Assembly: GCA_019057475.1 (NCBI GenBank)
Contig: DXJO01000049.1
Location: 1 to 38,440 of the forward strand
Origin: Candidatus Thorarchaeota archaeon
GTDB taxonomy: Archaea > Asgardarchaeota > Thorarchaeia > Thorarchaeales > Thorarchaeaceae
Direction of reading: 5' to 3'
DNA length: 38,440 nucleotides
Shown: positions 19,466 to 27,499 of the stretch, piece by piece
Position numbering within the stretch: position 1 is the stretch's first letter
Layout of the letters: each line of letters opens with the position of its first letter
Made by a program: the position numbers and the translations under genes
The notes under the pieces: model-generated
Databases searched by the model: none
Told to the model about the DNA's origin: nothing
Seen by the model: the letters and a program-made list of their open reading frames with translations, nothing else

Positions 19466-20306
19466 AGGCGTTTACATTCTTGGACAACAGAGTGAGATGA
19501 TATTCTCAAAAGAGTATGCCAAGAGCGAACACAAAGATAGTCTGATCGAGTTTCTAGTGAATCTTACACAGTTCATCAAGGCTGTGGAGCTCGACGGAAA
19601 TGTGGAGTCAATGGGCGTATCGAGCTGGAGAATATTCTACAGTTTAGAAGATGCTTTCACATTCGTGTTCATTGCCGACAAGGCGGATGACAGCGCACAG
19701 ATTAAGGGGAAGATAAGCGACCTAATTGTGAAATTCATGAAGGATTACGCCCCTCTTGCCATAGCAAACCAGCCTCTTGAAGGACTCGATGCCATCGTGG
19801 ACGAAGTTGCAGTCACTTTGGTGAAAGTCGCCATACTCGGCTTCGCAGGTGTGGGGAAGACGACTACTTTGCACCTATTGAGAGGAGAAACTCTCCCCCT
19901 TGTCCATGACCCCACCATTGGTGTTTCAATCAAGAAATTGCCCACCGAAGTGGAGAATGCTAATATCGTCCTTTGGGATCTCGCAGGTCAATCAAGGTTC
20001 AGTATTCTTTGGGCCAAGATGATTGCCAATGCACAAGTTGTTGTGATTGTTACTGATAGCACGCTGGAGAATGTGCTGAGAAGCAAGAAGTTGGTAACTC
20101 TAGTCAGCGAAGAAGTTCCGAACGCAAGGGTGATTGGCATTGCAAATAAACAAGATCTTCCAACAGCACTGACTCCTGAGCGAGTTGGCCAGATTCTAAG
20201 CATTCCCACTTACGAACTAGTAGCCATCGATATTTCATACCGTGAAAGGCTCATCCAAATCATTAGAAAGTCTATTCTCGAAGGAAAGGCTGACAAGGTT
20301 ACATAG
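19458..20306 (+). CDS. Longin-domain / small GTPase (Arf/Ras superfamily) fusion
   Basis: N-terminal IRGVYIL..MIFSKEY..FTFVFIAD longin pattern; G1 GFAGVGKTT, G2 PTIG, G3 WDLAGQ, G4 NKQD. GTG start overlaps the upstream stop. Confidence 0.9.
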   Translation: MIRGVYILGQQSEMIFSKEYAKSEHKDSLIEFLVNLTQFIKAVELDGNVESMGVSSWRIFYSLEDAFTFVFIADKADDSAQIKGKISDLIVKFMKDYAPLAIANQPLEGLDAIVDEVAVTLVKVAILGFAGVGKTTTLHLLRGETLPLVHDPTIGVSIKKLPTEVENANIVLWDLAGQSRFSILWAKMIANAQVVVIVTDSTLENVLRSKKLVTLVSEEVPNARVIGIANKQDLPTALTPERVGQILSIPTYELVAIDISYRERLIQIIRKSILEGKADKVT

Positions 20307-20411
20307 TTCGATGCGTAGAGTTGTATGTTGAATTGTAGGTAGGTCACGACAAAGGTTAAGAACGAGCATATCGATGCTCCAAGTAGAAAGAGCACACCTA
20401 GGTGGCTATAC

Positions 20412-20972
20412 ATGTCCTTTGATTTCAGTGCTATGCAGAAGCAGATGGAAGAGATCGCGGAATTCGCGAACAAGGTTGCTGAAACCAAGAAATTGGCGGA
20501 TGAGTTGGCAGAGAACTTTGCTAAGATGAAGCTGTCTATCAACCAGACAATCAACGACTCGTTCACGGAGATCGCAAACCAAATCGATACTCTTCGCAAG
20601 AATATGGAAATGATGGAAAGCATAAAGCCTTCAACCCCAAAAGTTGAGGCTCCGGCTCCGGAAGCAGATCCTACTCCGACCCCCGAGCCGGAGATTACGC
20701 CGGAACCTGAACCCGAACCCACTCCCGAAGTGACAGAACCAGCTCCTGAGCCTGCACCAGAAGCAGAGGCTGCACCAGCAGTTGAAGCTGCTGAAGGCAA
20801 TGACCAACTCGATTTCCTGTTGCAGCAAAAAGATCGCCTGAAGGCTCAGCTTACAGACTTGCGCTTTGATTACATGCGCGGGTACATACCTGAAGACGAC
20901 TACAAGGCCAAAGAGGGAGAACTGGATACGCAGTTAGAGGGTCTGGACAAACAGATAGCAGGACTGAAGTAG
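20412..20972 (+). CDS. Coiled-coil protein with Pro/Glu linker and C-terminal SHOCT/steadiness-box-like hairpin
   Basis: N-terminal heptads, PEPE/TPEP linker, LTDLRFDYMRGYIPEDDYKAKEGEL. Confidence 0.75.
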   Translation: MSFDFSAMQKQMEEIAEFANKVAETKKLADELAENFAKMKLSINQTINDSFTEIANQIDTLRKNMEMMESIKPSTPKVEAPAPEADPTPTPEPEITPEPEPEPTPEVTEPAPEPAPEAEAAPAVEAAEGNDQLDFLLQQKDRLKAQLTDLRFDYMRGYIPEDDYKAKEGELDTQLEGLDKQIAGLK

Positions 20973-21019
20973 AAGCAGCTTCATACTCGAAGCAGGCTCA
21001 ATGAAACCCATCAATCCAT

Positions 21020-21041
21020 CTTGATGACCACGGTCATCAAG
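21020..21041. terminator. Near-perfect palindrome between convergent genes
   Basis: CTTGATGACC-AC-GGTCATCAAG (10-bp arms). Confidence 0.35.
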
Positions 21042-21231
21042 CAGCTTAACTTGCGCATCGGGGAATAGGATTACATCCTCGGTGTCGCAAGAACTTCTTT
21101 CTTTCGCATCATGCTCATTCAACCAGTTTGAGCAAAAATCTGAGCTTGATCCCGGTTTGGGTCAAGTTGGGATGTGGGAAGGCGCGCGGGCTGGGTTGAG
21201 GCATTATGGGGTTGAGCAGAAACGGGATGTG

Positions 21232-22041
21232 CTATTTCTTAGGGGTCTTCTTCTTGGGCTTTGCTTCCGCCTTCTTCTTAGTGACCTTCTTCTTGGGCTT
21301 TGCTTCCGCCTTCTTCTTAGTGACCTTCTTCTTGGGCTTCGCTTCCGCCTTCTTCTTGGTCACTTTCTTCTTGGGCGTTTCTTCAGCCCTTTTCTTAGTG
21401 ACTTTCTTCTTGGGCTTTGCCTCAACCTTCTTCTTGGTCACTTTCTTCTTGGGCTTTGCCTCAGCCTTCTTCTTGGTCACTTTCTTCTTGGGCTTCTTCT
21501 CTTCAGGTTTCGGAACTTCGGCAATAAGAGATTCCGCAGTTTCCGCGAGGGGCTCAACTACAATCTCAGGTTGTCGAGCCTTTTCTTTCACCTTGCGATC
21601 GTCGAGAGCGCGTCGCTGCCGTGCAAGTTTGCCAGGTTTCGCGGATTCAGCCGCTGAAACTGCACCAAGAGCTATGTCTATTTCTTTGGTAATCACAGGA
21701 CGCTTGGGCACAGAGGATGCGATTTCCTCAAGGACGTCTACAATCATAATTGGTTTGCCGCCGTCCCGCTTCTCGATCTCTGCAGGAGTCGTGTAGACAA
21801 CAAAGCCACTTTCGTGAATATAGGGAACAATCACGCCTTCAGTTTCCTTGTCCTTGAGTATTCTGCGTGCAATGCTCATCCTGATGTTGAACCGCTGGGC
21901 AAGGTCATAACTAGTGACTGATTTTGCCTTCTTCACGTACTCATCAATTTCGCCAATTGTTTCTGGTTTGGGCACAGCATCTCGGACAATCTTCTCTGTC
22001 TTTGTTGCCGTTCGTCCCCACTTCTTGCGGCTGATAGCAAT
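21232..22041 (-). CDS. rps25e: Ribosomal protein eS25 (S25e) with long Lys-rich repeat extension
   Basis: The frame extends upstream of the track start to ISRKKWGRTATKTEKIVRDAV, then VTSYDLAQRFNIRMSIARRILKDKETEGVI..VVYT (eS25 winged helix). The only plausible start after AGGAG is ATT at 22041. Confidence 0.85.
   Translation of the reverse strand: MAISRKKWGRTATKTEKIVRDAVPKPETIGEIDEYVKKAKSVTSYDLAQRFNIRMSIARRILKDKETEGVIVPYIHESGFVVYTTPAEIEKRDGGKPIMIVDVLEEIASSVPKRPVITKEIDIALGAVSAAESAKPGKLARQRRALDDRKVKEKARQPEIVVEPLAETAESLIAEVPKPEEKKPKKKVTKKKAEAKPKKKVTKKKVEAKPKKKVTKKRAEETPKKKVTKKKAEAKPKKKVTKKKAEAKPKKKVTKKKAEAKPKKKTPKK
21235..21489 (-). repeat. Tandem 39-bp coding repeat (KKKVTKKKAEAKP x6 plus partial)
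   Basis: Six near-identical 13-aa units followed by KKKTPKK at the eS25 C-terminus. Confidence 0.95.
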
Positions 22042-22093
22042 TACACTCCTAGATTTGTTCCCAAGGGGTCACCGCGAACGTTTTGAGTTCGGC

Positions 22094-22100
22094 TTTTAAA
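22094..22100 (-). promoter_or_regulatory. Putative TATA box of the eS25 gene
   Basis: TTTAAAA on the minus strand ~55 nt upstream of the inferred start. Confidence 0.45.
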
Positions 22101-22184
22101 GATGCTCATGCATGAGAACGAAAAAACAGCTATGATCGAAAGCGACGGGCAAGTTTTGGCGATTAGGCATATCGATGTGTGAAA

Positions 22185-23483
22185 TCACTTGCTGCTGGAA
22201 TCGACGTGTTTGCGTTGCTTTATAATTAGCTTCTGCCGGGCTGAAACATCGCTTCTCGGAGGTATATCTTTGTCAATGATACAACCCGGGGCTATGACAC
22301 TGTGCTCTCCTATGCGTTGAGCGGGGTATATAGCTGAGTTGATGCCCACGACAACTCCGTCCCCTATAATGGCGCCGAATTTGCTCAATGGTATCTGCAC
22401 ACGCCCGTCCTTGTAGTTGAGATGGAACGGTTTGTTGTCCGGACGCCAGTTCCAGGTTTGCGCTCCGGATTCGATGCACGTGTTTGCACCAACGATTGAA
22501 TCTGCTATGTAGGTCATCCTTCCGACAGTGACTTTGTCAAAGATCACACTGTTACGCACCTCAACAGAATATCCGATGCGCACATCATCACATAGACTGG
22601 TGTATTTCCGAATGAGTGAGTGGTCGCCTACATACACTCCCTTACCTATGTAGATTGGCCCCTTTAGGGTCGTGCCCGGACGTATGACGCTATTCTCATC
22701 GATGAAGACAGGACCTTCTATTACAACGTGCCGATGTATTTCAGCAGTTTCAGCAATAAAGGTCCCGTGCCCACGGATCTGTCTGTCCATAACAATCCGA
22801 TTGGCTTCAAGCACATCCCAAGGCCAAGTAAATTCTGCCCATTCCTTCTCCCAGACAGCGGCAGCGATTACGGATTTGGCCTCTATCATCTTCTCGATTG
22901 TGCGCTCCATGGTCTTATGCTCCTCAAGGAGAGGGAGTGTTCTTACTGAAAACACTGACACGCCAGCCACCGCATAGTTGCTGACATAGCGATCGGGCCC
23001 ACCCTTCTCTACAAGCATTTCCACGACTCCGTTTTTTCCAATCCGAACCGTGCCAAACTGCTCGGGATTGGACACGAGAGTCACGAGCATTGTTACTTCT
23101 GCTTCCATGTTCTCGTGATTAGTCAGAGTGCGAGAAACCATCTCAGGGTCCACAAGAACGTCACCGTTGACAAGCAGGAACTCATCGTCATTTTCAATTT
23201 CATCACGAGCAGTTAGTATTGCGTTTTCAACACCTTTCTGCTCATGCTGGATTACATAGCGTATCCTCACGCCTGAGTCGGCACCATGCTGGAAGTAGTC
23301 GATAATCTCATCACGGCCATGCCCTACAACAACAACAATATCCTTGAATCCGTTTTCCTTCAAGCTATCGATGATGTACTGCATCACAGGGCGGCCTGCA
23401 ATCTTCAACATCGTCTTTGACCTATTAGCGGTTAGTGGCCTAAGTCTCTGACCAACTCCGGCAGTCAATACAAGTGCCTTCAT
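22185..23483 (-). CDS. Sugar-1-phosphate nucleotidyltransferase with left-handed beta-helix (archaeal GlmU-like)
   Basis: MKALVLTAGVGQRLRPLT..K, LVNGD, hexapeptide repeats, KFGAIIGD. Start placed at ATG 23483. Confidence 0.88.
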   Translation of the reverse strand: MKALVLTAGVGQRLRPLTANRSKTMLKIAGRPVMQYIIDSLKENGFKDIVVVVGHGRDEIIDYFQHGADSGVRIRYVIQHEQKGVENAILTARDEIENDDEFLLVNGDVLVDPEMVSRTLTNHENMEAEVTMLVTLVSNPEQFGTVRIGKNGVVEMLVEKGGPDRYVSNYAVAGVSVFSVRTLPLLEEHKTMERTIEKMIEAKSVIAAAVWEKEWAEFTWPWDVLEANRIVMDRQIRGHGTFIAETAEIHRHVVIEGPVFIDENSVIRPGTTLKGPIYIGKGVYVGDHSLIRKYTSLCDDVRIGYSVEVRNSVIFDKVTVGRMTYIADSIVGANTCIESGAQTWNWRPDNKPFHLNYKDGRVQIPLSKFGAIIGDGVVVGINSAIYPAQRIGEHSVIAPGCIIDKDIPPRSDVSARQKLIIKQRKHVDSSSK

Positions 23484-23546
23484 CCGACTCACACTCACAG
23501 TAGGCATCTGATTAGCTCATAAAACTGTTGGCTGTTACGCACGTTG

Positions 23547-24272
23547 TTAGTTGACCAAGCTGAAGTATATACGCCTCTTGCCGGCGCCCACATTCTTAGT
23601 CTTCCCGATTTTGATAGCGCCTACCTCTCGCGTGTTTTTCACATGCGTTCCGGCACAAGAAGCCACGTCGTAGTTTCCAATGGCAATCACTCTGAACTCC
23701 TTCACTGACTTTGGGACCATCTCAAGGTATCTTGTTTGATAGCCTTTCTCATTGAGGTAGTCAATTGCGTCCCTACGTAGCATAAACTCAATGGAAACAT
23801 CAAGGTTCTTAGCCAGAATCTCGTTCACTCCAGCCTCAACCTTGCGCTTCATCTCATCATCAAAAGACTCAAGCGGCGAGTAGTCGGCCCTGCTCTTGTC
23901 GGGTTTTATCATGTTACCAACAGTGATGACTCCGTAATTTAGCTGGAGGTATCGAGAGAGAACATGCTGCGCCGTGTGGAATCTCATGCTTTCGTATCGC
24001 TTGTTCCAATCAAGAGAACCATGAACATTAGCCCCAGCACTTAGCGCAACGGGCCCGTCCACTAAGTGCTGAATCTCTCCGGAGTCCTTCTTCGTGTTCA
24101 CAATCGTTAGAGTGGTAGTGCCATCGCTTATTTTCCCCCGATCTCCGCTCTGCCCGCCTCCCTCAGGATAGAATGCCGTGCGATCAAGTACAATATAGCC
24201 ATCGCCCACTGCCACAATCTTCGCATCAAACTCTCGGATGTAATTATCCTTCATGTGGAGGAATTCGGTCAC
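23547..24272 (-). CDS. alaX: Alanyl-tRNA editing protein AlaX (AlaX-M type)
   Basis: LDRTAFYPEGGGQSGDRG, HTAQH (HxxxH), CAGTHV (CxxxH). Confidence 0.92.
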   Translation of the reverse strand: MTEFLHMKDNYIREFDAKIVAVGDGYIVLDRTAFYPEGGGQSGDRGKISDGTTTLTIVNTKKDSGEIQHLVDGPVALSAGANVHGSLDWNKRYESMRFHTAQHVLSRYLQLNYGVITVGNMIKPDKSRADYSPLESFDDEMKRKVEAGVNEILAKNLDVSIEFMLRRDAIDYLNEKGYQTRYLEMVPKSVKEFRVIAIGNYDVASCAGTHVKNTREVGAIKIGKTKNVGAGKRRIYFSLVN

Positions 24273-24278
24273 ATGTAC

Positions 24279-24812
24279 TTACTCCGGGGAGCTAGTTCTC
24301 CGTCTCGAGCGCAGCCACTCTTCAAGTGCTAGCTGCATCGCCATATCAAGTTCAACACCTGTGAAACTGACACCTTCGCTTTCTGCCGCAGCGTCCATAA
24401 TCTCTTTGACTGCTTCCTTAGATTCCAAGTCGCTAAGTTCGCTGATGATTGTATCAGTAGTGGATTCATCAACACCATGGTCCAAGAGGCATTTCGCCAG
24501 GGGAGTGCGTGATGTCGGTATGTGACCAGAACCTGTGGATGGCTCCAAACCTACTGCGTGCATCTTCTCCTCGAAGCTCTCAGTGATAATGTCTTGCCGG
24601 GACTTGACCGGCACATCCTTGATAGTCTTGCCCTTTTCGATGCGTGACATCATCTTGCTCATTTGTTTGATGATTGGCGGCCCTTCAGGCCCCTTAGGTC
24701 GCCTTCTGATTGCAACCCCTATAACAATTAGAACTATCAATACTGCAACGAAGTAGACACCAGGTGGCTCAAGAAGCAAGGCGGTATTTTGGATAATCTC
24801 ATCTATTTGCAT
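24279..24812 (-). CDS. Single-pass membrane-anchored hypothetical protein
   Basis: TM segment GVYFVAVLIVLIVIGVAI followed by RRRPK and a helical soluble domain. Confidence 0.65.
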   Translation of the reverse strand: MQIDEIIQNTALLLEPPGVYFVAVLIVLIVIGVAIRRRPKGPEGPPIIKQMSKMMSRIEKGKTIKDVPVKSRQDIITESFEEKMHAVGLEPSTGSGHIPTSRTPLAKCLLDHGVDESTTDTIISELSDLESKEAVKEIMDAAAESEGVSFTGVELDMAMQLALEEWLRSRRRTSSPE

Positions 24813-24872
24813 AGGCAACTGCCCCTGTGGTAATCTTGAACCACTGCAGAAGAATCCTTGAGCGACCACAAC

Positions 24873-24878
24873 TTTAAA
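24873..24878. promoter_or_regulatory. Palindromic TATA-like TTTAAA between divergent genes
   Basis: Lies between the divergent starts at 24812 and 24926. Confidence 0.35.
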
Positions 24879-24925
24879 CTTTCTCCTGACTAATCCTGAA
24901 ACCGGAAACGCGTGAGGAAGATGTT

Positions 24926-25708
24926 ATGCACACTACTAGAGATATTCTGAAAGCGCTGACCAGCGGAAAGCTGACGATTGAAGAGGCAGAGAAGAAGCTC
25001 CAGGTTCTCACGCTAAGTCATGTGGAGGATCTTGCTGTCCTTGACCACGGTAGACAGGACCGGACTGGCATACCTGAGGTAGTCATGGCAAAAACAAAGC
25101 AGAGCGACGAAATCATCAAAATAACGAGAAACATGCTGGCTGCTAATGGGTTCGCACTACTTACAAGGGCAGACCAGAAGAAAATCGACGCTCTTGAGAG
25201 TGCTATCGATGATTATGTCATCAATGTGAGCGGTAGTGGAGATCATCTCACCGTGTTTGTTCATTCTCAGAACTGGAAACCCCCCGAAGCTTTGGGGAGA
25301 ATAGCCGTAATTACTGCTGGAACCTCAGACATTCCATATGCACGTGAAGTGGAAGCCATTGCCAAAGTCGTGGGAGTTGAAACACTATCATTCTTTGACG
25401 TAGGAGTGGCAGGAATCCACCGACTCATCGACCCCCTGAAGCAAATAATCGAAAAGGATGTAGATGCGGTAGTTGTCCTGGCAGGAATGGAGGGCGCACT
25501 GCCAACTGTAATAGCTTCGTTAGTCGATATTCCCGTGATAGGAGTGCCAATACCATCTGGCTACGGTTATGGTGGCGAAGGAATTTCTGCGCTATATTCA
25601 ATGCTCCAATCATGTGCACCAGGTCTAGCAGTGGTGAACATCGGTAATGGCCTTGGCGCAGGAGCCATAGCATCCCTCATTGCCAGAAGGAGAGGTAAAC
25701 CCAACTGA
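24926..25708 (+). CDS. larB: Nickel-pincer cofactor biosynthesis protein LarB (PurE-like)
   Basis: DHGRQDRTGIPEVV, TAGTSDIP, DVGVAGIHRL, AGMEGALP, GYG, MLQSCAPG, VVNIGNG. Confidence 0.93.
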   Translation: MHTTRDILKALTSGKLTIEEAEKKLQVLTLSHVEDLAVLDHGRQDRTGIPEVVMAKTKQSDEIIKITRNMLAANGFALLTRADQKKIDALESAIDDYVINVSGSGDHLTVFVHSQNWKPPEALGRIAVITAGTSDIPYAREVEAIAKVVGVETLSFFDVGVAGIHRLIDPLKQIIEKDVDAVVVLAGMEGALPTVIASLVDIPVIGVPIPSGYGYGGEGISALYSMLQSCAPGLAVVNIGNGLGAGAIASLIARRRGKPN

Positions 25709-25728
25709 TGCAGACAAAGTCGCATTTA

Positions 25729-26877
25729 TCACTCACCAAAGTGCCGAGCAATTTGAAGGTAGACATCAACAGATTGGAACATCTCATCAATGTGTATGTA
25801 TTCGTCAGGTTGGTGTGCCTGCTCGATGGAGCCGGGTCCACATATCACATTGATAACCTCTATCTTTGGTTGAAGTACCGAGCAGTCCGTGCCAAAAGTT
25901 GCCGCCGTGGGCACTGGCCGCCTTCCTGTAACCCGCTCAACTGCGTCGAGACTAACTCCGACTATTTCAGCATCACGGGGAGTTGAAACAGCAGGCTTGC
26001 CGTGAATGTACTCGATTTCGATGCATTCAGACAATCCAGATTTCGCAAGACGGGCATTCATCTCCGCCAGCACGGACTCCACGGTCTGCCCCTTGGACAG
26101 CCTCATGTCCAAGTGCGCTTCGCAGCGGTCGGGCACGACATTGATCTTCACTCCTCCTTTGATGATACCCACACTGATTGTTGGTTTGCCCAGCAGTTCA
26201 TCTGGTTCAAAGGTGTACGATTGGCCTGTAAGAACATCCAACGCTCTCGTGCATAATCGAATCGCGTTTTTCCCCTCGTTAGGTCTAGACCCGTGAGCGG
26301 CTTTGCCAGTCGCGATTACACGGGACCAGAACATTCCTTTCTCGCCGACAAGGACATTGAGGTTTGTGGGTTCCGCACAGACGCCAAACTTCACTCCCGC
26401 TAGCTTCCCGCTCTTAGCAACCTCTTCAGCACCTGAGCAGCCACTCTCTTCGTCAGATGTGGCCAGCATGAGAAGAGGAAGGTTGTGCTTCTCCTCGCTG
26501 TATAGAATCAGGGTTTCTGTCAAAGCTGTAACTGGCCCCTTCATGTCGCATGCCCCCCGCCCGTACATGCGTCCATCCACAAGCTCTGCACCGAATGGAT
26601 CGTAAGCCCAAGCATCTGGAGAACCAGCTGGTACAGTATCCATATGACCATGCAGGACTAGTGAACCCAATTCTTCGTCCACAGTAGAGAATATCAGATT
26701 TGGCCGATCACTTGGACCAACGGACTCGCAAGCGACACCGTGTGATTCCATATGGTCTCGAAGAACCTTGGCGACTTCAGCTTCTCTGCCCGGGGGGCTC
26801 TCAGAGTTCGTGGCTATGAGAGTTCTAAGAAGTGACAGCATCCGTGATTGGTTGGTCTTGATCAACTTGGCACCCAA
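25729..26877 (-). CDS. M20 metallopeptidase, ArgE/DapE family deacylase
   Basis: HGHMDTVP, GRGACDMKG, SDEE, AEPT, GKAAHGS, AHQPDEY. Confidence 0.92.
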   Translation of the reverse strand: MGAKLIKTNQSRMLSLLRTLIATNSESPPGREAEVAKVLRDHMESHGVACESVGPSDRPNLIFSTVDEELGSLVLHGHMDTVPAGSPDAWAYDPFGAELVDGRMYGRGACDMKGPVTALTETLILYSEEKHNLPLLMLATSDEESGCSGAEEVAKSGKLAGVKFGVCAEPTNLNVLVGEKGMFWSRVIATGKAAHGSRPNEGKNAIRLCTRALDVLTGQSYTFEPDELLGKPTISVGIIKGGVKINVVPDRCEAHLDMRLSKGQTVESVLAEMNARLAKSGLSECIEIEYIHGKPAVSTPRDAEIVGVSLDAVERVTGRRPVPTAATFGTDCSVLQPKIEVINVICGPGSIEQAHQPDEYIHIDEMFQSVDVYLQIARHFGE

Positions 26878-27007
26878 GCAGCATCATCCCAGACCCTGAT
26901 AATAACATTCCCGAACGCCTGACCTGTGCCAAACGAAAAATGTGGTATGGCTGAAACCTCTCCAGGTCAGTTAAAGGCGGGACGGATTGAGCCGCACTCT
27001 TTGTCCC

Positions 27008-27199
27008 CTATACCCCTATAGCGATGTGCAAATCGTCACCCCACAGGATCCTGCGCTGTTTTCGAATGACGACCGGATATGTCCGTCCATATACATCTTC
27101 AACTGATACCTTGTACTCCCCTGAGAGGAACTTACGCACGGATTTCCGCAACTTGCGTGTGGGGATATCGCGAATGCGTATTGTGTAGGTTTCAGCCAT
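27008..27199 (-). CDS. Small basic hypothetical protein (63 aa)
   Basis: ATG 27199 after GGAG; MAETYTIRIRDIPTRKLRKSVRKFL...; TATATA upstream. Confidence 0.55.
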   Translation of the reverse strand: MAETYTIRIRDIPTRKLRKSVRKFLSGEYKVSVEDVYGRTYPVVIRKQRRILWGDDLHIAIGV

Positions 27200-27499
27200 G
27201 GTTCTTAGCTCCAACGGATGCTGGGTGGCGCGGCCAGCTTGTAACGGTGCGAAGCTTGTACAATGCTTCGTACGGTGGCATATATACGCAAATCGTTTCA
27301 ATTTCAACCGGGAGGGGCAAACAGAGTGGCCTTAGAAGTCATCTAGCTTGTGCGTTCTAACATCGCCTCTAGAACTGAGAGAACGTATTGTAACAGAGAA
27401 CACTGATGATGTCTTCGTCTTAACAAATGGCCAACATCCTGTATGGCAATTATGTATCGTATAGTAGATCCTTAGCGGCTATTTTTTGGTTGGACGTTC

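Noticed and set aside
20210-20800. Gly/Ser-rich 196-aa minus-strand ORF
   Set aside because: Antisense of the Pro/Glu linker gene at 20412-20972.
21235-21489. Possible CRISPR array
   Set aside because: The repeats are directly tandem 39-bp coding units without unique spacers, and no cas genes are present.
21082-21796. Hydrophobic repetitive + strand ORFs (FFLVTFFLGFASA; LLLGHFLLG)
   Set aside because: They look like membrane proteins but are the antisense reading of the Lys-rich eS25 repeat.
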